DNA of 50,894 nt. Source: Vicugna vicugna (taxonomy: Eukaryota). The notes below the pieces were generated by a model, which saw only the letters and a list, made by a program, of their open reading frames with translations, did not search any database and was not told the origin of the DNA. A program made the translations under genes and the position numbers. Position 1 is the first letter of the stretch, and each line of letters begins with the position of its first letter. Positions 12,746-25,949 of this stretch are shown in pieces. The stretch covers positions 3,247,779 to 3,298,672 of the forward strand of contig MU058718.1 of NCBI GenBank assembly GCA_013265495.1, in the 5' to 3' direction.

Positions 12746-13439
12746 AATACAACCCTCCAACACCCTTATTATCATTTCATAATGACTTGAAATGGGGGGC
12801 GGAGGCAGACTCAGAGAAGGGAGATGCTTCCCTCACATTTGCCAGCACCTCCTGTGGGACGGTCCCTGCGACGTGTGCCCGTCACGCACATTCACGTGAC
12901 ACGGCAGATGAAGAGAATTAGACCCCACTTAAATTGACTTTTCCATATGGAAAATAAAAAGAGAACGAACTGGCCAATTGGAGCTATTTTGGTGGCTAAA
13001 GAAATTCATCTCTGAGCAGATTAAAAACAAAAGCAATTAGGCTAATTCCTAATGGGCTCTCTAAATGGGTCTCTAAATCCCAGACAAAGGCTTTGCTGGG
13101 ACTGGGGCGCCCTCTTCTTCCAGGCCCTTTCCATTTCCCTGACACCAAGGGAAAGGAACCCTGACCTGGGCATCTGAAAAGCAAAAGACTTCTGTCCTCA
13201 CATCCAGAAAAGGGCAGGATGAAAACCATAAACCAACCTGTCTCCGACATGTCACCTGGACACACCAAGGGAGGGGGGAGGACACCAGACTGAGGGCTCT
13301 GCGGGGAAGAGGGGGAGGGGGCACGGCAGATCCCTCTGCTCTGCCCGCCTACCTCTACCCTGCACGCCCTGTTTCCCTCTCATAGACCCCACTTGCTTCA
13401 GATTTCATCCTGGCTGCAAAACAGTCAGTGGCACCTGTG

Positions 13440-13650
13440 GCTCTGCAGCGCAGGAGTTCCGAGGGCAGGCCCGCAGCCAGACCACCAAGGACTGAATCCT
13501 GGCTGCTTACAAGTTGGGTGACCTGGGACCAGTTCTGAACCTCTCTGTCCCTCCGTCTACTCCTCCTTTCTAAAAATAAGGCGAATCCAAGGCTGTTGGA
13601 GATGAGTTAGAGTAAGGCACTTAAACACAAGGACACCTAGCTCTGCCTAG
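13440..13650 (+). mobile_element. MIR SINE
   Basis: tgaatcctggct...gggtgacctgggaccagttctgaacctctctgtccctc core. Confidence 0.7.
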
Positions 13651-13927
13651 CATTAGCATTACTACCAGAACCCACCCTTATTTGGCTGCACCCCAGGCAA
13701 CTTACTTTACCATTGATTCTCAAATGCAGGTGGATCCCCATGCCTCTTTCATCCTTGCCTTTGCCTGATGCTCTTCTCAAATATTCTGTCTCCATCAGCT
13801 CTACAAATCCTCCCCACCCCATCACAATCCAGCTGAAGCCCAGGCTCTCACAAGGTCTGACTGTTGCCACCTCCTAGATCTCCTGCTAACTTCTGTAGTA
13901 TTGAACAGTGTCTACTACCACCTGAAA

Positions 13928-14370
13928 ACTGTTAGAAAATGAGTCAGTGAGTCATGGTCTCATCAGAAGACAGGCAGCACCTCAAAAAAGGCAACCAAAG
14001 AGGATCTTTACGGAGGGGCGGGCAGGGTAAAGGGAAACACCAAGGGACAGTGAGGGACCCAGGTACAATCAAGAGGGGAAGCAATTACCGCCCCCAGAGA
14101 GGGGAGCACTTACTGGGAACCAGTGAGAGGCATAGAAGTGGGCACCCAAGTCATGGCCTTAAAGTGGAGACGCAGCAACGACCAAACCATGAAGAAAGGG
14201 GTGAATAAACATGTCCATCACTTCCACATGCCACAGACTCTTAGAGGTGATTACTCTCCATTTACCCGGCCAGTCCCCACTGGAGGCCAGAGCCCCAGGG
14301 AGGTCAGTCTCCCAGGGAAGGCAGAGGAGGGTAGAGAACGGATCTGGCGGGGCAAATGGAGACTAATTGG
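13928..14370. mobile_element. Old LTR-like element (ERVL/MaLR group)
   Basis: General resemblance to ancient LTRs and to the block at 22068-22700; subfamily not resolved. Confidence 0.35.
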
Positions 14371-14454
14371 TCTGGATCAAACTAATTACCACTCAGTTGG
14401 GGGCTGTCTCGTGTTCGTCCTTCTTGCCCTCACACGGGCACCTCCGCAGGAATC

Positions 14455-14630
14455 TGCGTGGTGAAAAGCAAAAGCATGGACCTTGGAGTCAGAGACCTGG
14501 GTTAGAATCTAAACCAGCTGCATGACCTTAAAGTAATTTGCCCTGAGTCTCTGATTCTCAGATTCCTCATTTGTGAGATGAAAGTAACAACACTGGACTC
14601 ACAGGGTCATTGTGAGAACTAAGTTAGAAA
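14455..14630 (+). mobile_element. MIR SINE
   Basis: ttggagtcagagacctgggttagaatc...ctcagattcctcatttgtgagatg...ctcacagggtcattgtgag. Confidence 0.75.
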
Positions 14631-14864
14631 AGTTGTTTCCTCCACCCTGCTCTCTTTATAACTACTTCCACTGTCCTTCAAACTGAGGCCTCAGCTCTTA
14701 TACTTCTTCTGTATCTAGAAATGCTGGAAAAACAGGAGGAATGGACACTCACAGTTCTGTGAGTTCAAAGACATTCTAGGCGGCTTAAGGAATTTGCATG
14801 GTCTTTGCCTTAAGCTGGTCTGTCTACTGAGAAAAGCAGAAAGATGCCTAAGGATTCATGGAAG

Positions 14865-15032
14865 CCTGCAAATCAGAGTGTGGTCCAGCAGCATCACCAT
14901 CACCGGAGAGAGAGCCCATGAGAAATGCAGACTCTCAGGCACCATACCCTGCCCCCTCACCCCCACTGGAACCTGAAATTTAACAAGATCTCCAGGTGAT
15001 CTGTATGCACATCAAAGTTTGAGAATTCCTGC
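14865..15032. mobile_element. MER5A-like hAT-Charlie MITE
   Basis: gtgtggtccagcagcatc...agaaatgcagactctcagg...tttaacaagatctccaggtgat...aaagtttgagaa. Confidence 0.75.
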
Positions 15033-15149
15033 TATTGAACTAAAAGGAGCCCCAGAGACTCCCTCGATCTGGGTTAAACCACCTCATTTTATAGCTGAGG
15101 AAACTGATGTCCAAAACAACACAGAACATCCAAGGACACCAGGGCCGAT

Positions 15150-15640
15150 GCTGCCCCTTGACTAAGCCTATAAGCATTTCCAACCCCCTCATCCCTGCTA
15201 CTTTGCGCTTTACAAGGTGAAACAGCTCAATATTTCCCTAGTCTGCCTTGCAGCTCTGAGTGGCTGCCTGACAGTTCTGACCGGTGGGATCCACTGCAAG
15301 AATTTCTTGGAAATCTGCTTTCTCGGGAATTTAAGTCAGATGTGGATGTATCATCCTTCCCTGTTTATTCTGCCTGAGTAGCCATGGAGTCTGGAGCGGG
15401 GGTGGACATCTGTGACAATAAAACCACAAGCATGAGGATAAAAGGGCCAGTGCTAAGGATTGTGGAAGGGAAAGACACAGGGTACCTGGAAGACATCATT
15501 CAGCTGGCAGCTGAATGAAGTCAGTAGCTTCCTACTTTTAGCCTTCTTGTTATATTAAAAAAAAAAAAAGTCAACCTCTTTTTGTGTAAGATGCCACGGG
15601 TAGAGTCTCCTGTTACTTGCTGTCAAATCCATCCCATGTA
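15150..15640. mobile_element. Old ERVL/MaLR LTR fragment
   Basis: atttccctagtctgccttgcagct...agccttcttgttat...tgttacttgc motifs. Confidence 0.5.
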
Positions 15641-16519
15641 GTGTCCCACAGCTTACAAATGGCTGAGCCAACATTAGGACTCAGAGCTCCAGATTCTTAG
15701 CCCAGAGAGGTTTTTTTCCTATGCCTCCTTTATCATGAAGGCAGAGAAATTTGATTTCCTGACCACATTTTAATAAACACATATGGAGTAAAGAAGGAGA
15801 AGTGCTAATGTGACGGTGCACCTGTTCACGGAAAGCGAGGTGTTATATCAACTCTCGTAAAGTCGACAATATCTTCTGGGCAGATCATCAGGTTCAGTCT
15901 AAAAATACTGCATGTGTGTGTTTCCCCAACTTCTAAAGAGAGAGACAACAAAGAGAGGGGAGAGCAGATAGATCCTCATTTCATCAAAAAATCTCCACTG
16001 ATCATTTGTGTACCATGCAGTCCTTAATATATTTTTTAAACAAATGCTACATACAATTCCTGTTCCATGACACCACCACCAAATGTCATATTGATTTGTC
16101 AATGCCCACAGATTCCATTAACATGGATTTACTGAGTTATAAAAAATGCATGCTTGTCTAACCACAAGTTGCTGTTCCCAAATTTACTTTTTAAAAATCA
16201 ATGAAATAAATGAGCTAGAATTCATTAAGTCAGAGGAATCACAAGAGTAAATGAAAGTGACGGCACACCCAGAAACAAGGAAAACTTCCAGACGCTGGAC
16301 AGCCTACTGGAGGAAATGCCACTGCTGGTTGAGCCCAGAGAAGATTCTGAATAGGCGTGACCAGTAGGGCCAAGGGTGAGGGAACTGGCAGACTGGCCTC
16401 CCTCCTCTACACAGAAAGGCTTTCGGAGTGAAGGAGGGTCCCATCTGGGCTCCTGCCCAGTCTGTTATGTTCAGGTGAGTAAAATGAGTTATCAGATACC
16501 AAGCACTCAATCATTTTGT

Positions 16520-16680
16520 GTTTGTAAAGCTACTTTTTCCAAAGCATCTCCTCCTCCTTGCTGCAGCCTGGTCGGGTTGGTTCTGTCCCCCATTTTACAG
16601 ATGAGATGTTAGGAAACTTACTCAAGATCAGATACCAACAAGCAGAAAGAGAAAACTCCATAAGCCCCTGTGACTCTTAC
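16520..16680 (-). mobile_element. MIR SINE
   Basis: tcccccattttacagatgag core. Confidence 0.55.
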
Positions 16681-17214
16681 CCCGTTCCTCTCTAACCTCA
16701 CTGTCTCCCTCACGTGTCCTTAGCTTCAGCCATCCTTGCCAGGCCCCAGCACTACACCCCAGCCCCCCACCCTGAATTCACTTCTTGCCTCTTATTTCTG
16801 GTCTCAGGTTAAAAGTTACCTGTTTAAGAAATCTCTCCCTCATGCCCTACCCTAGATGAAGTTATCTTTTTAAGAACTCCCACAATGCTGTACACTTCTT
16901 AGCACTTGCAACTGTCATGAACTAATCCACCGATTGACTGATTGAATAAATTAGACAATGTCTTATTTCCTCTCTGATGTTGGCACCAATGGGTGGCTGG
17001 GGGTTATGTTGGGGGAGGGATCACTTGACGATCTCCATCAGCTTTTCCTCACCATCGACCCCAAATAAACAGATCATGGGAGAGGAGACCAGTCATTTCA
17101 CAGTGCAAAGTCACCTTCAAGACAAACCTCTATGCCACTCTTTCTCTCTTAAAAGCAGACTGGAGGCCCTGTCCCTTCCCCAGTAGAAACTTTAGAACCG
17201 TTTTTTCAGTGTCT

Positions 17215-17350
17215 GACTCTGCTAGAGTAAATGCTCCATGAAGGCATGGACTATGTCTTGTTCATCCTTGAATCCCAGCACCTAACAGTGCTCCCTTAGC
17301 CCGTGGTAAGCAATGAAGTGTTTGTTGAATGAATAAATGAATGAATGAAA
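17215..17350 (+). mobile_element. LINE-2 3' end
   Basis: gctccatgaaggcatggactatgtcttgttca...tttgttgaatgaataaatgaatgaatgaa. Confidence 0.85.
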
Positions 17351-17859
17351 GGCTTTGTACTCCTAGATTGGTGGTTTTCCACTCTACCCCTCTGCCTCCT
17401 CCCAGGTAGAAGGCTACAGAAACTGCCACTTGGGACATTCTCTTCTTCCGTCTTCAATGCACAGGCTTGGTGGGAAAAGCACAGCTCCTGACAGACAATG
17501 GCATATAACCAAGACATTTCATGCCATGCTCAGTGTCCTTTCAGAGGATGCGTTCTCTTGGTAGGAAAAGATGCCGGGGGGCTGGAGGTAGCAGGGCTGA
17601 GCAGGAATTCCCAGCCACTAAGACTGAGGGAGTCGTGGCACCAGGACCCACGTCATCCTGGCCTTCACATCACGTCTGGGAGGAAGCAGAAACGGACCCC
17701 ACGCTCCCCTTCTCAAGCCATTCTCTGAAGACAAGGTGAGCTCCCAGACCCAACAGAATCAACTCAAGGAGGACAGAACGTTTGAGGGCCCAGATGGCCT
17801 TCTCTTCATCCAAGCTCTCAACACCTGAAAGAAAAGCTCTTTAGGGCCCCTCCCCCAAC

Positions 17860-18015
17860 AACACTTGGAGATACCGATTTAAAAACCAAACAAACCCAAC
17901 AATTCCAGGAGGCCACCCTAGACCTACTAAATCAGAACCTCTGGGGGTGATCCAAGAAATCAGTGTTTTTAACAAGCTCTCCAACGAATTCTGATGTTTG
18001 CTTAAGTGTGGGGCA
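17860..18015. mobile_element. MER5A-like MITE
   Basis: agacctactaaatcagaacctctggggg...ttttaacaagctctcca. Confidence 0.7.
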
Positions 18016-19472
18016 GTCTTAGCTTTCAAGTCCCCTCTTAATCTAGGACTTTCCGGAGCTGAGCATCCATTTAAGCCAGGTCAGACCTGGGAGACAGAGG
18101 AATTCCATGGAACTCAATGAGAATCCATCCAAACTAGCCTTTTTCCATTTTCAGATTAAAGCAGAAAAGTAACAAGTGTCCGGGATCACTGTCCCTTCAG
18201 TGCCCCCACAAGCTTATCCTTATCACAGTCAGAGTATCTCTGACCTGCCAGAAGGAGAGGAAAACTAAAGGATGAGGACCTGGCTTTTTTCACTTAAAAA
18301 CACAGTTCAAAGTGCCAGATTAAACCTGGATGGCACAGGAATGCAGCGGTTTGTCTTTGTTTATTTTGAAGAAGAGCAGGGACATTAGGTTAGCCAAACC
18401 CCAAAACCAAGACAGAACCACAAAGCCCATCCCCCAGGTGTCTTGTTTTCAGGAGTCACCCTCTGGGTGGCTTCTGGGCCTCACCCAGCCTCCTGCTGAG
18501 ACAAAACTCCTGCCCAAGTGCCCAGGGCCAGGAGGGGCCTAGGGCCAGGTATCATGACTGATGTATATGCGGTCCAGGGCTTCAGGGACTTTTCTGCTCT
18601 TAAAAAAATGGATGCTTTTGAGAAACTGACAACCAGAATCTCTTTCCCTAACACCACCAAACGGCACATGATACCCAGGATTTTTCATGTAATTTCAGAG
18701 GTGCAGAGGCTCACTGAAGCCCATCCCTGGACCTCTGCCCTTGAACCCCAGATTACGGACCATCATAAACACAATGGAGGAAATGTCCAGGGCTTCTTAT
18801 CCACACATGAGGAAAGTCAAGGCAGGGATGGTTGGGATGGAAAAGAAAATCAATTGTCTGTTTTCTTTTTATTCGTGTTCTGTTTGTAAATAGAAATTTG
18901 GCAGAAATTGAGATACATGCAATACTTAATTTTCTGGTGCTTTTATTAATCTGAAGTGATTTTGTTATTTTAGGGATATAGTAATTGATTATATAGAATG
19001 TAATCTGCTTATAAGTAATCATGCTTGGTCAATATAAAAGTATAACCATCAAGACAATTAAATATTTACCAGTCGAATTGACTTCAAAACATCTTATATT
19101 TGTGGTGGGGTGTGAAACTGCAACACTTGTTTTTAAGAATTTAGGTTCAATTTTTACAGTTTTATAAGAAGTATCCCAAACGGTAAACATTTTCTTTAAA
19201 TAAAAAACTTTTTTTTTTCTTCAATCCTTTGTCCATCTCAGGTTTGTATGTCTAAGAGGAGGGCGGGTTCCTGAGACTTGTTCTGTCTCATGTTTGTTAG
19301 TCTGGGCGACCCGCATACAGATGCTCCTGCTGTCACAGGGCCCAGCCAACTATCTGCCAACTCTGTGCCGAACCTCCTAAGAGTAAGTCCACCAGCAAAG
19401 GAGGCACTGGGTCTGTCTTCCTTTTCTGTAAAAGGATGGTGGTTACCTGAATGTCATAAGCCTGCATTTGTA

Positions 19473-20103
19473 CCATCTTCCATTGATTCTAAAACACACC
19501 TTTCCTTATGTACCACAGGAAGGAAAACACACTGTCCATTCTGCACTGACACAATGCCTTAACCATAGTCCTCCACAGTCATGAAGCCTCTTCTTGCTTT
19601 GACATTTCTTTCATCCAAGATGGATTGGCAGTTTCTCCTGTCTCTTGGGGGGCTTGTGATGGCCACTCTTTCGTGGATCTCAGTAACAGTTTCTTCTGCT
19701 TCAAGGGATGGCTCTCCCTCTCTGAGCTCCCAGAAAGCAATCAGTTATTGCTTTGCAAAAACTATGAACTTGTGTTCATTCCTCCAAACAGGCAGGTCTG
19801 CTTCATCGATATCATATTAAAGTCTGGTTGCTGTTTCTGTATCTTTTTGCACACATGATAATTCTTCATTTCAATGCCAAGTCAGAGTGTAATCTTTTTG
19901 AGGACCTTTTGAATGACAACTCAACACCTGCAGTTAACAACAGTGCACTTAATTTGATTAAACAGATGGCAATATGAGCAGCTCTGTCCACATTTGAGCA
20001 CTATTTACAAATGCATCTCCACTGAGCCTAGCTGACACCACCAACTGATGCCTGGAGATGCTGAATGCTGGAAAGTGTACATTCCAGAATCAATGAAATA
20101 TAA
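19473..20103. mobile_element. Tc2/Kanga1-like DNA transposon (internally deleted)
   Basis: Inverted termini TA-ccatcttccattgattcta (19471 onward) and agaatcaatgaaata (20086-20100); internal sequence resembles a decayed transposase N-terminal region. Confidence 0.65.
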
Positions 20104-22067
20104 TGTCCACGCCCTACTCCTGTCACCCCATCTTAATGCCTCTAGTAGACCAAAAGTCATAACTAAAGAGGAAAATAATTCCAAATAAGAAGATAATGGT
20201 TAGTGTAAATTAAGTCTTTTCATTGTTCTGACTCATCACACTGTTCTGACTTATTCCCATGGTTCTGTGTTAAAGTGAGGGACTCAAAGCCATCTTTCCT
20301 CCCTACTCACCTACACTACGACATGTTACTTACAATGATATTAATGACATTATCTCACATCTTTTTCCTTCCTCAGTCTTATTTTTCCTCCTCTAACAAC
20401 TTGGAAGTGAAAGTAAGTACCCAACTCCTATGTCATCTCTCAATGTTAGTACCATGACTTTGAGTTTATTATAAAATTCCTTCCTCTCATTTTTATCACG
20501 ATTCCCCATAAAAACTTCACTGAGTAGTAGATATGGAAAAAGACTGATTTTTCCAGATGATGAAAGTGGGAGGGGAAAAAAAAAGCATGGAGTGATGGTT
20601 GGGGAAACCAGGACGAGCCCTCAGCCTTCCACATCAGCGTTTATCTTCCCCGATGTCAAGACTCCTGTGGGAAGAGCCACTCCACAAATAGAAGAAACTG
20701 TGACTGAGATCCCAGAAAGGGTCTCCCATTACAAGCCCACTTTCAGGATGGAAATGATGGATTGTGGATTCCTTAGAAGTTGAAGGCTACTTATATATGC
20801 TCAATTTAGTAATTACTCATTAAAAAACTATGCACAAATCACACTGGGCAGGATACTGATGGAGACTCAAGGATGAGAGCCATGGTCCTGCCCTCCAGTG
20901 ACTCATAACTGTTTTCAACTTGGGGATGGGGAAAGAGGCAGGGAGGGGACACTGACCCTTTTGTGAATCAGATGACATTTACAGGCCCCAGAAAATTGTC
21001 CCCAGTCCCCATACACACAAACGATTTTGCAAATCATTTCTTGGGTTTTATAGAGCTCATAGACATTGGAGGAGTTCATGTTTGTCCCCCATAATATGGA
21101 GCCACAGAACTCACAGATGAGCTTTTTCTCACGATCACCCTGTCCAAGTACAAAGAGACGCTGCCAGTCAGTTTCAGAAGGAAGCGAGAGCCTGCCCTTG
21201 TTGTCCAGGTTTTCCTGATTAACAGCAGCTACAGAAATGCCTATTAATCTCCTCCCTCAGACTTGGTGTTTTGAGGCCCTCTTTCCTGGTTGACCATATT
21301 CTCTAGAATGCACAGCCAGCCAGGGCACACTATTCAGGGAAGCCAAGGCTCTCCTCGCTAGACTTGCCCACCACACCTCGTGCCCCAGCCCCCTGGCCCT
21401 CTGCAGCCCCTGGGAGGCCTGCTGAAGCCTCATTTCACCACAGGACCCACGCAGAAAGGAGGGCTCCTCTGAAAGAGGTTGGGGGACCCCACCCTGCAGG
21501 GGAATCTCAGGCCAAAGCTAGGGCTGCAAGGAGTTTCTGGCGTTTGTGAGTTGGCTGGCGTTTTGGGATTTTCCAGTCATTTACTACTCTGAAAAAGCAA
21601 CCAGATTGTTCATTTTAAGTCAGGATGTTGAAGTGTCACTGAATCGCTGGGGACTGACATCTGGGATCGGAGCCTTGTCTTGATTGGAGCCAGAGCCTCC
21701 GTATCACTCGAGGACACAGACGCTCTGGCTGCTTCCCCACGTTAACTTGTGAATATAAATATAAGACTTTCATTATGTTCCCCCACACTCTCTTAGGAAA
21801 GGGGACAGAGTTCCAGTCTTGGCTTTTCATTCTGACCTTCAGGCCTAGAGCCACAAAGCCTGCTGACACTCTGAAGCTGCAGTCATTTTCCGGCATTTGT
21901 CCTTCTCTGGATGTTGGTGCTTCAAGGGACACTGCAGAGGAGGCCTCATTTGGAACATTACGTCCCCTTAGTACTAGTACTAATACTAATAATCTATAGT
22001 GCTTTCGGGTTTAAAATAGGCTTTTACCTTTACTGTTATTTTAATACTTGCTACCCCACGAGATAAT

Positions 22068-22700
22068 GTATCAGTCAGGATCCCAGCAGGAGTCAGAGGG
22101 CACATTTAAGGAATTTAATTGGAAATTATTTAAATAACAAATTATTTACAGAGCTCTGTCAGAGTCCAATCAGGAAAAAAGAAACTATGATAATTATTTT
22201 AATAAAAAAGAACTAGTTTACAAGAGTTGGAGATCTTTACATGAAGTATCTAAAGCAGCCAACGCAGAGAGCCCAGAGGGGAGCCTGCAGAAGGGACAGT
22301 GTGACACCTGAGGTCAGGCAAGTAGCAGAAGACATCCTCAAGGGCCTCTGCACAAAAGTGCAGACAGTTACTGAAACTAGCAAGAGAGAAAGAATACGCC
22401 AGGGCTCCCGAAGGCGGGGGCAGACAGGAGGCTCCTGGCCTGTGGAGGCAAAGGGAGGAAGAGTTGTCCAAAGAGGGAGAGGGCCCCCAGGAGCTGTGGC
22501 CCTTGGTAAAGAAATACAGCCACTCCCCAGGGACTGAACTAGGAAGGAACAGGGGAATAAACACCCAGAAAAAAATACTTCCTGCCTTCCCCTCTCTGAT
22601 CTCCTGCCAGTGCTCCCACTGGCCAATTTCAATGGGCCACTTTCTCAGGACAGTGTGTGGAGGGAGAGAAGTAGGCAAGATTTTGTGGATTTAGGGAGGA
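22068..22700. mobile_element. Old LTR(s), possibly nested (ERVL/MaLR group)
   Basis: tgtatcagtcaggatcccagcagg start; second LTR-like start tctgtcagagtccaatcagg near 22155; tgatctcctgccagtgctcccactggcca motif. Confidence 0.55.
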
Positions 22701-23654
22701 AAGTCCTCCAAACCATGTAAAGTCCTCTGGTCCCCAGCAATGTCCCTTGTCCCCCGGTCAATGGCCTACAATGGTGTCATTAGGGGCTATAACTGAGCTG
22801 CAGCTGCTGTCCATGGTCTGACCTCCCTTCAGCTCAGTGGGACCCCAGTGATTCCCTGTCTGACAGTTTCACCTCGGCTCCCACTGGCATTACAGGCCCC
22901 TCTGAGTGACTCAAAGACCCCATTTCAACAGGCCCACGTCAGCCCTGCTGACTCTCAACTCTGCGTTCATGCCTTGGGAGATCAGAGGAAGAGATGGGGA
23001 TATCAGTTAGACCCTCACTCTCGCTGTCCACATCTCTAGATTTATTTTCATGTGGTCACCCTCCAGGTTGATCAAGACACCTCACAGAGCTTCCAAGTGA
23101 CTCCTCCCAGAGTCCCAGACTGCAAGCCAGGAAGGATCCCTCTGCTGTCTGTATGCTACTGCAATTTAACAGACCTCCTCTTTCTGGGCTGCAGCCCCGA
23201 GGGAAGATCAGAATCCCTAATGGACCAACCACCTCCTCTGTCCGTCTCCTTTCTGCCTTCCTCCTCTGAAATATTTTGTGGGACAGAAGTGCATGTTTCA
23301 TTACCACAGCCTTATCTTCTTCTGAACACCAGTCTTATCACTAAGCATTAATGATGAAGAGTATAAACATCCTATATGTTATGGAAGGAATTTATAATCT
23401 AATCTTGTAGTCTTGACCCTTGCTATGTAAATGAGAACTAGAAACATTCATAAAATCCTTTCTCTCCCTACGAAGACTAGCTTTCAAGCCTACTGTCTTT
23501 CTGTAGAACCCTATTTTTGAATGTCAGAAGCCAAATCTTCACTTTCTTTCTTTCAGTTTGCATTCTTCTATCCTCTCTCTGGGCAGATATATTTGGGAAA
23601 AAGAGAAAAGCACATTAAATTTTTCCAAAACACTGCCATCATTACACTTCGCAT

Positions 23655-24110
23655 CATAAGGAAGCTATCTTAATGGTCCAGGTGAGAGATGAGTATAGCT
23701 TGCTATCTGGCAGAAGAGGAGTACAGAGTAGGAAAGGGAGAGAAAAGCAGGTGGGTGTGGGAAATATGTCAAAAGTAGAACTAAAGAATTGGCTGATGGA
23801 TTAGAGAGTAGGGGGTAAAGAAAATGGGAAACCAGTATGACTCCTAAGTGACTGACAGACTGATGGTGGTCCATTTTTCCTGAATGGAGAATACTGGGGA
23901 AGAAACAGGTTTGGGGTGGGGTAAGTCAAGGATTCCATTTTGCACCTACTAAATTTGAAATTCCATTTAGACGTCCAAGTAATAATGTCAAATAGGCCAC
24001 TCAGAAGGGAAGTCAGAGATGATGATAAAAATCTGGGAGCCAGCAGCATACAAATGGTGCCTACAGCCCAGTACTCTGATGAAGAAAGGCCCGGTCCATG
24101 CACAACTGAA
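23655..24110 (-). mobile_element. LINE-2 fragment
   Basis: ggtccaggtgagagatg...ttggctgatggattag...tgactcctaag...ggtccatttt L2 motifs. Confidence 0.75.
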
Positions 24111-25949
24111 CCAGGGCTGGAAGCTTCTGCAGGCCATGCCACGCCACGCCAGGACAAGGAGGAAAACTCCTGACCCATTCCAAACCCACCTCGAGGCAAG
24201 CTCTCAGATGCAGTGTAACATTTAAGGCCCAGACAGCAGGCACCACAAACCCATTTGATTTTAGTGATAACGACAGAGAGAACATGTCTATGTTGGAACT
24301 CGGTCATCCATTTTGCACAGACTTCTATCCCAGGGAAAGTAACAAATACTTCTTCGGGATCTGTCATCATGGAGAAAACACCCTGTGCAAGCAGGAGACA
24401 GAAACAGAGCACTCCCTCCTGACTTTTTCCTCAAAAAGGAGCTGGTGATGGACCAACTCTTCAGCCAGAAGCCACCCAGAGGCTGGGTTCTCTAACTACT
24501 CAAAAGGACCTGTCGTCGGGTTTTTCACCGCACACTCAGACATTTCCGTTGTTGGACAGAAACGGGGGGTAGAATGCATAGGCCTCTCTAACTAAATGGG
24601 GCAGGGAGAAGAGTAGAGCAATGGGGCTGAAAGGTCTACTACTATTTCCAAAGAAATAGCCTCACCTGCTGAAACACACTCCCATCTGGGTTCCTTAAGA
24701 ATCACTCTTCTGAAAGGGACCTCCTTCACCATAAGGGACTGGAAGGCTGACAAGTATTAGACAGATATGCTTAATAAGGGTTCAGGGATACCTATGTGAA
24801 TGTCACATAAAGAAATCAGGAAAACAGAAAATGATAAAGAGGACATGGTTTTTCCACATGTAGGGTGGAAGAGAAAGAAGAGAATAGAGGGAGAGAGGGG
24901 CAGGAGGGAGGAGAGAGAGAAGAGTTCCTTTTCAGGAATTATGACTACTTAACTATAACCCTCTTGCTCCCTCTGGAGGTCAGGATCATGAACAACAAGT
25001 CCGTAAGAGGAGGGGAAAAAAGCATCATAATAGAAGCCGCAGCTTCATCTTTCTTTATTTTTCACTTTCAAATAAAAGGACAAAAACAAAGGCAATAAAT
25101 TAAAATTCCTCTGGCTTTCTGGCACTTTCCACATACTCTGAAACTTGAAGCCCAAGAATTTGAGGCACTTTGTAAGTAAAGCCAGACCAACAAGGCCAAC
25201 CAAATACCTAAGACGGGCCTTATAAGATGGGGAAAAGGTACAATACTGCATCAGCCTTCACTAACCTATTTCTCCAAATGGCTCATCGTTTATTTTGAAA
25301 ACAGGAGGAGTCCAACAGTAGGATGGTATTCTTCCTCACATCAATGTTAAAGTCACTCTGGAAGGACGTCTGGACTTCGTTCCAGGTTTTCTGTATTTTA
25401 ACAAGGATATCATTGTTGCCAGGCAACTTTGGATACCAGATGCAGGTGCACACGAAAGTTAAATGACCTCATAATTCTAATGACTCTACTCTGGCAGTAA
25501 TCGCAGTATTATAATTTGTCTACCTAGATCCAGCAGCTGAATTAAGAAAACAAGTCAAGGAGCCAAAGACAATGAACCTTAATAAAGCCTGAGCTCATGA
25601 GGTTATTCTTCAAGGTTGCAAGACTGGTTCAACAGTAAGTACTAAGAGTAATTTTAGAAAGCTTCATTTCAGCCTAGTGATTTTACAATATAATAGATAC
25701 TGATAACATTTGGACAGAAGGAGCAGCATCTCATAGCTTTGGGTTCAATCTGGGTAACAGTGTTTTATAAATACATAGCCAGAAAGTACATTTCTCTAGC
25801 TTTCAAGATTATTAATGCAATAATTAACTATTCTTTCAGAAGAACAAACACCAACTGGGAACACTATTTGTGGCCACAGGCAATAAAGAGAGAGTGTAAG
25901 ACATGCCACACCATGACAAAGTACAAAAGAACAAAAATGAACTTCTAAA

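Noticed and set aside
16370..17745. Strong plus-strand donors (CAG|GTGAGT near 16476, AAG|GTGAGC near 17735) suggesting a lncRNA
   Set aside because: No convincing acceptor/promoter chain; isolated donors are expected by chance.
23801..24412. Longest ORF in the track (203 aa, minus)
   Set aside because: No ATG start, overlaps a decayed L2, and has no recognisable domain; likely a chance ORF.
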